Origin: Pseudomonas phage phi297 | DNA length: 49,135 bases | Sequence record: HQ711984.1 | Reading direction: 5' to 3' (one strand) | Shown: piece after piece, positions 1 to 7,570 of the stretch | How positions within the stretch are numbered: position 1 is the stretch's first letter | Layout of the letters: each line of letters begins with the position of its first letter | Notes under the pieces: model-generated | What the model was told of the DNA's origin: nothing | The model's input: only the letters and a program-made list of their open reading frames with translations | Databases searched by the model: none | Translations under genes and position numbers: made by a program

Positions 1-349
1 ACGGACCGGGTGCAAGTTGGGTTTCGAGGTAACGGTTAGTCAGTACCGGCCCGGCCGGAAATGGCGTTCCCGGCAGGATGCCCAGGGCGTCGGTGGCGCG
101 TTGGACGATGTTGAGCGCCACTTGCAGCGCCGCCGCGTCGTCTTGCATTCGCATGAGCGCGGTCATCTTGGGCCGGTGCTCGGCACACACTCTGTCGCGA
201 AGCTGACCGGCGGCGCGGCGAACCGCGTCGGCCGTGCCGTGGTGCTGGAGCACTAGGGCCATGACCAGTACCACGTCGACGCTGTGCATCTGCATCGTGG
301 TTGTGCGAAGGAGCCAGCGGGGAAGTGCGATGCCTGGTTTCTGCTTCAT
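1..349 (-). CDS. hypothetical early-left operon protein (5'-complete at 349, runs off window start)
   Basis: ATG at 347-349 overlaps the upstream stop (tcat = ATGA). The frame stays open to position 1 with high GC3. It is co-directional with the leftward operon and was missed by the ORF track because it is truncated by the window edge. Confidence 0.4.
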   Translation of the reverse strand, partial: MKQKPGIALPRWLLRTTTMQMHSVDVVLVMALVLQHHGTADAVRRAAGQLRDRVCAEHRPKMTALMRMQDDAAALQVALNIVQRATDALGILPGTPFPAGPVLTNRYLETQLAPGP

Positions 350-468
350 CCGAAGCACCCCGCCTGCCAGGCCGCCAGCGTGCGAACGATCGGGAATATC
401 TCCACCAGCCCCACCACGGCCAGGCCGAGGGCGGCGATGATGGCGAGGGCAGTCAGTGCTCTACGCAT
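346..468 (-). CDS. 40-aa hydrophobic microprotein (MRRALTALAIIAALGLAVVGLVEIFPIVRTLAAWQAGCFG)
   Basis: ATG at 468 preceded by GGGAGG at 8 nt. It overlaps the stop of the upstream 475-aa gene and the start of the next gene (ATGA). It has a single predicted TM helix. It is below the 60-aa track cutoff. Confidence 0.35.
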   Translation of the reverse strand: MRRALTALAIIAALGLAVVGLVEIFPIVRTLAAWQAGCFG

Positions 469-1888
469 CGCTTGGTCCTCCCTGACTCGCCGCTACCCGG
501 TCGATGCGCTCGATCTCGGCCAGGATCAGTGCACCGGCCTTGATCAGGTCGCGTCGCGCGGTGCTCGGCTTCCACCACTGCTGGTCCCACGGCCATGCCA
601 GCGACACCAACAGGGCTGCGGTTCCATCATTCGGAGCGCTGGAGCCGGCCAGGGCGTAGCAGGCGGCGGCGCGGGCAATCTGGCCGTGGCTGTGCTCGTC
701 GTCGTGCTCCGGCGTCCATCCCTCGGCGGTGATCTGCCGGCGGCGCTCTGCCTGCACGTCGAGCCATGCCTGCGGCACCAAGTTGCCGGGCGAGTCGGCG
801 AGTATAGAAAGCAGTTGGCGCTCAGCCGTAATTCGGGTGTCGTGGTCCTTGCCGCTCATCATGTTGAGAAGCGGCTCAATCGGAACCAGCTTCCAGCCCT
901 CCGGCACACTGTGCTGAGCCTGGGCTACAGGGGCGGCGTAGAGCTTGATGCCTGGGCCATAAAGGCCGGCAGCCGCCTCGGTCCACTTCACCCAAAAGGC
1001 TTGATTCCCACGGTTTGCGAGAGCCACCGGCTCCTGCCTCTCCAGCTCCGCGACCCTGGCCAGGGCGTCGGCGAGTCTCAGCTTCAGACTGTCGCGGATG
1101 AGCGGCCAGCGGTCCAGGGCTTCGCTCAGCTTCGCGTTCTCCGCCCGCAGCGCCCCGACGATGCGCTCATGCTGGGCGACGGTCATCAGTTCGTCCTCGC
1201 TCACCTCGCAGCCGCGCTCACGCCAGTGGGCAGCTTGATCTTCCGCGTTCTGCTTGTAGTAGTTCAGTGCGTAGTGGGGATGCTGGTGCTTTGTATGTCG
1301 CCCGATAGTCCGGTACGCCACAACCTCCGGCCGCTCCGCCTCTGCCTGCTCGGCCTGCGCCGGGGAGGGTTGCGCTTGAAGCCGCTCCAGGGCCGCGTCG
1401 AGAATGTCACCGACGCTCGCCGTCCCACTGAAGCCCAGCACCTTGAACAATGCATTGACCTTCTCGCGTGGCGCTTCGTATGGCTGGACCAATGGCTCGC
1501 CCATGAAGGTTTGGCCGTTGTGAGCTTGCCGCAGTGCCTGCTCAGCTTCCAGTGCACGGCGCTTCCAGATGGCTATGTCTTCGCGAGCGCCTTGGTAGGC
1601 ATCGCCGTACTCGCCAGCCGGGGAGGGTTGCGCCAGGGCGGCGCGGGCTTGCCAGCCTTGCAGCCGCAGGTTCAGGTCCTGGGCATCGGTAGCTTCAATC
1701 GCGCGGAGATTCATCGAGCGGTATTCGCTGCGCTTGTCGTCGAAGTAGATGCCTTCCTGCACGGTGAAGGCGCGCTCGAACGCCGCACGCTCATCCCCGC
1801 CTGCCTGCTCTACCGCAGGATGTGCCGGGCACGGATGGACGAGGGAGCCGTCGCCAGAAGGGCAGGTGCATTCATTCGCTTTGTTCAT
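461..1888 (-). CDS. Ea22/Ead-like early protein: coiled-coil N-region plus C-terminal DUF550-like (MazG-like all-alpha) domain
   Basis: 475 aa. RBS GGAGAAAG 5 nt before ATG at 1888. C-terminal HDDEHSHGQIARAAACYALAG...LAWPWDQQWWKP resembles the WPDW-containing C-terminus of DUF550 proteins. The gene sits where lambda ea22 lies in the early-left operon. Confidence 0.55.
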   Translation of the reverse strand: MNKANECTCPSGDGSLVHPCPAHPAVEQAGGDERAAFERAFTVQEGIYFDDKRSEYRSMNLRAIEATDAQDLNLRLQGWQARAALAQPSPAGEYGDAYQGAREDIAIWKRRALEAEQALRQAHNGQTFMGEPLVQPYEAPREKVNALFKVLGFSGTASVGDILDAALERLQAQPSPAQAEQAEAERPEVVAYRTIGRHTKHQHPHYALNYYKQNAEDQAAHWRERGCEVSEDELMTVAQHERIVGALRAENAKLSEALDRWPLIRDSLKLRLADALARVAELERQEPVALANRGNQAFWVKWTEAAAGLYGPGIKLYAAPVAQAQHSVPEGWKLVPIEPLLNMMSGKDHDTRITAERQLLSILADSPGNLVPQAWLDVQAERRRQITAEGWTPEHDDEHSHGQIARAAACYALAGSSAPNDGTAALLVSLAWPWDQQWWKPSTARRDLIKAGALILAEIERIDRVAASQGGPSDA

Positions 1889-2054
1889 GGGAGCTTTCTC
1901 CAGGCCTCGGTTTCGAGGTCAGAAACGGTTATCAGTCGGCGCCGGCGCTAGATGTTTTCGAGTTGCAGGACATTGCCCAGGCTGTCGATGACGACCCAGT
2001 GAATGCCGGTGGGAATGTGCAGGTAGCGTGCTGGCGCGGGAGAGCAGAGGGCGT

Positions 2055-2303
2055 TTATGCGGCGGTATGCGGCGTTTTCGTCGAATGACATTGCGGGCAG
2101 GCTCCGTATGGTGGTGCCGTGTAGCAGTGCTCACCGCTGGCGCCCTGGTCTGCGTCGTTTGCGATCTCGTTCAGTTGTCGCGCGAGCTGACGCAGTTGAG
2201 ATGAGGAGAGCAGGGCGCCGAGGCGTGGGAGGCCGTTGACCTCGGCCAGGCGCTGGCCATCCTCGCCGTCGATGAACATGGCGGTCAGGTTGAGGGTGTG
2301 CAT
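2055..2303 (-). CDS. hypothetical protein (82 aa, CPQC-containing C-terminus)
   Basis: Internal ATG at 2303 preceded by GAGGAA at 5 nt. The longer 95-aa track start lacks an RBS. Confidence 0.4.
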   Translation of the reverse strand: MHTLNLTAMFIDGEDGQRLAEVNGLPRLGALLSSSQLRQLARQLNEIANDADQGASGEHCYTAPPYGACPQCHSTKTPHTAA

Positions 2304-2385
2304 GGCGTTTCCTCGGGAGGCCGGCACCGGATGCAGTTGCATTGCCCGATGCGCTGGCCTGTTGTGCGGCAGTAAATGGGGGCGT

Positions 2386-2736
2386 TCACAACGGCTCTCC
2401 CTGCAACTGACACTGGCTGGCCAGTTTCAGTAGGTTGCGAGTGGTTGGCTTGAAGCCTTCCGTATCCGGAAGGTACTCGTGACGATGGCCCTCCGGGTAC
2501 GTCTGGAACGGTCCGTGCCATTCCCAACTCATCAGCCAGTCTTGCCAGACGGTGTAGGCGTCCTGTCCTTCGCCCCAATAGTCGACACCGCCGCCGACGG
2601 AAAGAACATGCCGGACTCGGGAGCCTTGCTCATATGCGAGTGCAGACGGTTCTTCGTCGCGCCAGGCGCTGCAGTAGAGCGCTGGGTAAAGCTCGACCAG
2701 CCGCTTGCTTAATTTCTTCTCGATGCGCGCTTTCAT
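2386..2736 (-). CDS. hypothetical phage protein (116 aa)
   Basis: Strong RBS GAAGGAAGGTG. Start ATG overlaps the stop of the upstream gene (ATGA at 2733-2736). Confidence 0.6.
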   Translation of the reverse strand: MKARIEKKLSKRLVELYPALYCSAWRDEEPSALAYEQGSRVRHVLSVGGGVDYWGEGQDAYTVWQDWLMSWEWHGPFQTYPEGHRHEYLPDTEGFKPTTRNLLKLASQCQLQGEPL

Positions 2737-3305
2737 GCTTCACCTTCCTTCGCCAGTGCCAGCCGATGCTGGGCGCCGGCCTGGTGCTCCGGCTTGGGTA
2801 GCTTCAGGCCGAAGAGCCGGAGGGCCTGCTTGTGGTTGAGGGAGGCCGCCACAGCAACAGGCCTGGCATGCTGGTCGATGTAGGACTTCGGCCAGGGCGC
2901 GCGCCCGCGCGCGGTGAGTATGCCGGCGTGGTCGAGCGGCCAGGTCCGTGCGGCGGCCAGGTTGGATGTCCGGCCGGCGGCCTCGGGTACCCAGACCAGG
3001 CAGTTGCCGTCCCAGTCCCTGTCGTAGGCGACGTAGATGCGGTCGTCCGCCGGCGCGCCGGCGAGTGCCTGCGTCCGGGACAGGTCCAGGTCCTGGTGAT
3101 CGACGCCGTACTCGGCCCGGGCGCGCACGTAGTCGACCGGCCAGGGCAGATCGGTTTCCCGGCACTTGTACTGCCGAACGGCATGGGCGCTGGTGAACGT
3201 CTCGGCTTCGTCGAGGTTGGTGGTGTAGCCGCCGCCGGCGCGCCAGAACGTTGCTCGGCTCCCGACGTTGCTGCGGCTGTCTTGCAGGTAGAAGAGGTCG
3301 GTCAT
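2733..3305 (-). CDS. hypothetical phage protein (190 aa, MTDLFYLQDSRSN...)
   Basis: Start at the internal ATG 3303-3305 with RBS GCGGAGGA. It overlaps the stop of the DUF4406 gene (ATGA). The 307-aa track ORF's Arg/Pro-rich N-terminal extension is rejected. Confidence 0.6.
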   Translation of the reverse strand: MTDLFYLQDSRSNVGSRATFWRAGGGYTTNLDEAETFTSAHAVRQYKCRETDLPWPVDYVRARAEYGVDHQDLDLSRTQALAGAPADDRIYVAYDRDWDGNCLVWVPEAAGRTSNLAAARTWPLDHAGILTARGRAPWPKSYIDQHARPVAVAASLNHKQALRLFGLKLPKPEHQAGAQHRLALAKEGEA

Positions 3306-3625
3306 GGCGCATCCTCCGCAGGACCGGTGATGTGCTCCGCGTGCAGAGCGCGCATTCCCAGATTGGTGGCTACGGTGAACTCCAGCCTGGCGCCCTTCGA
3401 GTCCATCCAGCCGGGCAGCAGAGCGATTGCCTGGCAGGTGAGCAGCTTCTGCAGGTCGAGCCGCAGGTAGTCGGCCCACTCGAAGCCCGGAATCTCGCCG
3501 TGCTCGGCGGGGTTCTCGACCTGGTACCCGAGGCCTCGCAGGCGCGCGGCTTCGGCGTGGAACGCGGGGAAGTTGTGTTCGGGCAGGCCAGTCATGGGGC
3601 CTGCGAGGTAGATGCGCTGGGTCAC
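3302..3625 (-). CDS. DUF4406-like, nucleoside 2-deoxyribosyltransferase-like fold protein
   Basis: N-terminal IYLAGPMTG motif is typical of DUF4406 and nucleoside deoxyribosyltransferase / dNMP N-hydrolase-like proteins. GTG start with strong RBS GGGGAGGAG. GTGA overlap with the upstream MazG-like gene stop. Confidence 0.65.
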   Translation of the reverse strand: MTQRIYLAGPMTGLPEHNFPAFHAEAARLRGLGYQVENPAEHGEIPGFEWADYLRLDLQKLLTCQAIALLPGWMDSKGARLEFTVATNLGMRALHAEHITGPAEDAP

Positions 3626-4269
3626 GGCAGCAACTCCTCCCCGACCTGGCGGGCATGCTCGATGGAGCTGGCCTTGATGCGCGTCCAGCCCTTGCCCCAG
3701 TCCTGGCTCAGGCCGCCCTGGTCCCGGAAGAACGGACCGTGCTTCACGAAGACCTTGTTGCCGGCGTTGCGGTGCACGAAGTAGGTGTCATCGTCGATCG
3801 GGTCGTCTGCGCGGTCATGCTCGATTGCCTTGTCGGCCGGCGCCGTGCGCCAGTCCGGCCAGGTGCGCGCCTCGTTCAGCGCCTGCTTGGCGACCAGGGC
3901 GTCGATGATCTGCGCCGGAGTGGCGCCGGTGCGCCAAGCCCCGTCAAGGGCCAGGATCACGACGTCGATCCACTCGGCCAGGTCGCCGGGGGCTTCTTCG
4001 ATTTCGCGCAACTCTTTGCGGATGTGGTCGACGACGCCAGCGGCGCGCGACCCAGGCCCGAACGTGCGTTCGCTGAACCGGCGCTGGCGCTCAAGGTGCA
4101 GGTCGAGACGGAACACGTCCAGCCGCCCTCGGGCGCGGCCAAGCGCGTAAGCCTCGTCCTGGAACATCAGGAGGTGATCGCTGGTGCGTCCGGTCAGGAC
4201 ATCGAGATAGCGGCTGTGGAGCGCTTCAATGGCAAGGTGATCGTCGGGGTGGTTCTGGTTCGTCGTCAT
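3622..4269 (-). CDS. MazG-like / DUF550-type nucleotide pyrophosphohydrolase
   Basis: Start at the internal ATG 4267-4269 with RBS AGGTG. The region DHIRKELREIEEAPGDLAEWIDVVILALDGAWRTG...ARTWPDW matches the all-alpha NTP-PPase (MazG/DUF550) pattern. ATGA overlap with the upstream gene stop. Confidence 0.6.
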   Translation of the reverse strand: MTTNQNHPDDHLAIEALHSRYLDVLTGRTSDHLLMFQDEAYALGRARGRLDVFRLDLHLERQRRFSERTFGPGSRAAGVVDHIRKELREIEEAPGDLAEWIDVVILALDGAWRTGATPAQIIDALVAKQALNEARTWPDWRTAPADKAIEHDRADDPIDDDTYFVHRNAGNKVFVKHGPFFRDQGGLSQDWGKGWTRIKASSIEHARQVGEELLP

Positions 4270-4694
4270 GGCTGCACCTGCTGAAGTGGGCGATGGCCTG
4301 GTTTCGGCGGTAGGTGTGGGGTGAGCAGCGCGTCCTCGAGGGACATGCCTGCGGCGAGTCGCCGGCGGACGGTGCTGGCCGAGACGGGGCTCGGCAGCAG
4401 GTCGACCAACTCTTCGAGGGTTCCGGTTCTGCCGCGCACGGTGTGGGTGTGCTTTTCCTTGCGTGCCTGGCGGGCCTGGTCCAGTGCGCGGGCGAGTGCC
4501 GGCGTGCAGTAGCCCCGTTTCTGCGAGTTGGCCCGCTTGTGGTCCAGCGACTGGCCCTTCGCCGGCCACTCGATGTCCGGCATCAGGGTCAGCATTTCGC
4601 GGAATACCCATGGGCCGATGCCCAGGGCCAGCCGGGTGGCGCGGCGGGAAAGCCCGCGCGCGGCCGCGTTTCGAATGAACTGTTCGGTGTTCAT
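4266..4694 (-). CDS. HTH DNA-binding protein (142 aa)
   Basis: ATG at 4694 with RBS AGGTGG. C-terminal GTLEELVDLLPSPVSASTVRRRLAAGMSLEDAL is a helix-turn-helix. Confidence 0.5.
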   Translation of the reverse strand: MNTEQFIRNAAARGLSRRATRLALGIGPWVFREMLTLMPDIEWPAKGQSLDHKRANSQKRGYCTPALARALDQARQARKEKHTHTVRGRTGTLEELVDLLPSPVSASTVRRRLAAGMSLEDALLTPHLPPKPGHRPLQQVQP

Positions 4695-4797
4695 GCCGCC
4701 ACCTGTTGCGGTCTCGGCCGTAGCCGCCGCTTCCATGGGTCGTTCGCCCGGCCGTACTGGGTTTTGAAGTCGAGCGGGGAGGGCTTCTTGAGGGAAG

Positions 4798-7428
4798 TCA
4801 TGCGGCGGGTTCCTTCTGGATGATTTCAGCATCAGCCTCGAGCAGGGCGAACAGGTCGGGCATGGCCATCTCTTCCTCCGCGGACTTGCAATAGCCGGCA
4901 CCGTCCAGGAAGTAGCGGGAGTTCAGTTCGTGGGCGCGGGTTCTGCGCTTGAGCTTCAGCGCGCAGTACGGGACGGTCATGATCCCGCCGAAGGGATCGA
5001 AGACCAGGTCTCCTTCCATGGAGTACTGCACGATGGCCCGGTCGACGATGTCGAACTGCAGCGGGCACAGGTGCATTTCCTGGCCCTTGCTGTACTGCTG
5101 GGCGTTGAGCGTCCGCATGCGGGCGACGTCGGTCCATACGTCCGGGTGCCAGGACTGCGGTGGCAGCAGCATGAAGCCGGTGGGCAGCTTCCCGGTGACC
5201 TCCAGCGATTCGCCGATGCGGACGTGGTGCTCGAAGTCGTAGACGGTGGACAGGCTGTAGTCGCGGTACAGCTTGAACATCACGTCGTGCGGAATGCCTT
5301 CGAAGTCCGCTTCAGTCAGCGGACGGTTGCCGTTGCTGCGGGTGAAGCCGTGGGCGTCCAACTGCCAGCGTGCCCGGCTGTAGCCGTTGCCGCGGGTGAC
5401 GGTGAGCTTCTTGTCCATGGCGAAGGGGACGATCTGGCCGTCTTCGTCGATGCACAGGGGCTTGGCCTTGACCACCGGAATGTCGCCGTAGGCGTTGGAG
5501 TTGTCGGTGGGGGGCTTGCGGAAGATCAGCAGGTACTCGGGCATGCCGACACCCATCTTGGTGCCGTCCTTGCACTGTTCCGTCCACGAGAGGCGGTAGG
5601 TCTGGGCGTTCTCGCGAACCACGTCGGTGACGATGGTCTTCATGCCCATATAGGCCCAGCCATGCTTGACGAAGGCTCGAGTCACTTCCATGTGGAAGGG
5701 GTAGACGGTCTGGAAGCCAAGGCCGGTCATTCCGCCGGGAATGATGCGATCCTTCACGTGGATGCAGGCCAGACGCCCGGGGATGGTCACGCGCAGCAGT
5801 TCCGGGATCAGATAGTCCATCTGCTCGAAGAAGTGCGCGTTGTCGTCGGTGTGGCCGAAGTCGGCGTAGTTCGGCGAGTACTCGTACTGGGTGCTGAAGG
5901 GGATGCTGGTGATGGTCAAGCCGACGCTGTTGCTTTCCATGCGGCAGGTTTCGAGCACGGTGTCGTTGTTGACGATGGTGTAGTCCTTGCCCTTGATCTC
6001 GACGCGCTCCACGCCCATGGAGCGGGTGAGGGTCTGTGCCATGGCGGCCACGGACAGGCCGTACTGCTTGATGATCTCGGTCATGCGCTGAACCATGGTG
6101 TTGTGCTGCTGCCACTTCCGTTCGAGTTGGCGGCGGATGTCGCGCTCGGCCTCGGTATAGATCAGGTCGATGCGCACACGGCCTGTCTGCAGGAATCGGT
6201 GCAGGCGGTGAATGGACTGGATGAAGTCGTTGAACTTGAAGCCGATGCCCAGGTAGATGGCCCACGAGCAGTGGCGCTGGAAGTTGCAGCCGCTGCCTGC
6301 GATCACTGGTTTGGCAGCCAGTTCCTGGAACTCGCCGTCGCTGAACTGGACAATCGCGCGCTCGCGCTCCTCCAGATCCTGGGCGCCGTAGACGCTGATG
6401 GCGGTGGGGATAGCGGCCTCGATCGCGTGGCGTTCCGCCTCGAGGTCATGCCAGATGATCCGGTGAGCATCTGGAGCCTCGGCCCGGATCTCCATCAGTT
6501 TGGCGATCCGGGCAGGAAGGCTCTCGCGCTTCTCTGCGGCGGCGTCCTGCACGCCAATGGCGGTGTTGCGAAGCAGGCGGCCCTGGCCGTTACGCTCATG
6601 GCCAGCGTGCGAGTGGTCGGACGGTACTTCGTGCCAGCGGATGTCCAGTTCCGGTAGCGCGTAGCCTTCGTCGCTGAACCCGAGGTCGCTGGGGCGCTGA
6701 ACGAAGATCGCCCAGGACGCCACCCACATCCAGAACTCGCCCTCTTTGTGGGCATGGATGGTGAGTTGGTCGGCCTTCTCAGAGTTGCGTTTGAAGAACC
6801 TGGTCTTGGCCTGGCCGACATCCATCACGCCGAGGAAGGCCGAGTAAGCCAGTAGCTCGATGTATTCGTTCGGGCTTGGCGTGGCAGTGGCCACGTACCG
6901 GTACCGGACGCCATCGCCGCGGACGCCGGCGGCGCGATCGTCACCAGCGAACAGAGCCATGAACTCGCGGAACGTCTTGCTGCCGCCGAAGCCGCGAAGG
7001 CAACTGGCTTCGTCCAGGCTTGCCACGCTGAACCGGCGAGGGTCGAGCTTGCCGTCGCGGACGGTCTCGTAATTGGTCAGGTAGATGGTGGTGGGGTCGT
7101 CTACCTCGTCGAAACTGCGGATGAACCGGACGGTGATGCCGAGCATCGCGGCGTCGCGGTAGAACTCCTGGCGCACACCCAGCGGAATGGTGATGAGAGC
7201 GTAGCCGCCGGCTAGGTCGCGGGTGACGCGCACCACCTCAAGCTGCATTACCGACTTGCCCAGGCCGAAGGCCGCGAAACAGGCCGCGCGGCCTTGGCGC
7301 ACCAGCCAGGTGGCGATGGCGCGCTGGTGCGGCTTGAGCAGGGGGTTGAAGGCCGAGGGCTCCACTTCGAAGCCTTTCGGCTCGGCGAGGCGGACCTTCG
7401 CTCGCAAGAAGTCTTCATAGGCGGTCAT
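4798..7428 (-). CDS. SNF2/DEAD-like helicase fused to beta-class DNA (N6-A/N4-C) methyltransferase
   Basis: 876 aa from ATG 7428 with RBS AAGGAA. N-terminal Walker A FGLGKS and DEAS box (ASLDEAS). The C-terminal half carries a beta-class SPPY-like motif IV (TSIPFSTQYEY) followed by motif I (VFDPFGG). Confidence 0.8.
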   Translation of the reverse strand: MTAYEDFLRAKVRLAEPKGFEVEPSAFNPLLKPHQRAIATWLVRQGRAACFAAFGLGKSVMQLEVVRVTRDLAGGYALITIPLGVRQEFYRDAAMLGITVRFIRSFDEVDDPTTIYLTNYETVRDGKLDPRRFSVASLDEASCLRGFGGSKTFREFMALFAGDDRAAGVRGDGVRYRYVATATPSPNEYIELLAYSAFLGVMDVGQAKTRFFKRNSEKADQLTIHAHKEGEFWMWVASWAIFVQRPSDLGFSDEGYALPELDIRWHEVPSDHSHAGHERNGQGRLLRNTAIGVQDAAAEKRESLPARIAKLMEIRAEAPDAHRIIWHDLEAERHAIEAAIPTAISVYGAQDLEERERAIVQFSDGEFQELAAKPVIAGSGCNFQRHCSWAIYLGIGFKFNDFIQSIHRLHRFLQTGRVRIDLIYTEAERDIRRQLERKWQQHNTMVQRMTEIIKQYGLSVAAMAQTLTRSMGVERVEIKGKDYTIVNNDTVLETCRMESNSVGLTITSIPFSTQYEYSPNYADFGHTDDNAHFFEQMDYLIPELLRVTIPGRLACIHVKDRIIPGGMTGLGFQTVYPFHMEVTRAFVKHGWAYMGMKTIVTDVVRENAQTYRLSWTEQCKDGTKMGVGMPEYLLIFRKPPTDNSNAYGDIPVVKAKPLCIDEDGQIVPFAMDKKLTVTRGNGYSRARWQLDAHGFTRSNGNRPLTEADFEGIPHDVMFKLYRDYSLSTVYDFEHHVRIGESLEVTGKLPTGFMLLPPQSWHPDVWTDVARMRTLNAQQYSKGQEMHLCPLQFDIVDRAIVQYSMEGDLVFDPFGGIMTVPYCALKLKRRTRAHELNSRYFLDGAGYCKSAEEEMAMPDLFALLEADAEIIQKEPAA

Positions 7429-7570
7429 GCTGTTTCCTTGAGGAACGGCACACACCGGACGCCGCCCTGCCTGACAGGGCGGCCCACGAGGCATGGTTGA
7501 ATCGCCCACAGGGCGGCGTCCGGTGCGTGCTGGAAGAGAAAGCGCCCCAGGTGGGGCGCTGTATCGAGGG

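Noticed and set aside
2733-3656. 307-aa ORF overlapping the DUF4406 gene
   Set aside because: Its first 117 residues are Arg/Pro-rich and lie in an alternative frame of the 3302-3625 gene. The real start is the ATG at 3305.
3622-4611. 329-aa ORF as listed, with a 114-residue Pro/Arg/Gly-rich N-terminus
   Set aside because: The N-terminal part is low-complexity and overlaps the next gene. An internal ATG at 4269 has an RBS and an ATGA overlap, and the MazG-like domain starts there.
4930-6657. 575-aa plus-strand ORF, and others at 5312-6265 and 6495-6821
   Set aside because: They are antisense to or out of frame with the helicase-methyltransferase gene. The composition is Gly/Ala/Val/Asp-rich, typical of high-GC frame artefacts, and there is no RBS.
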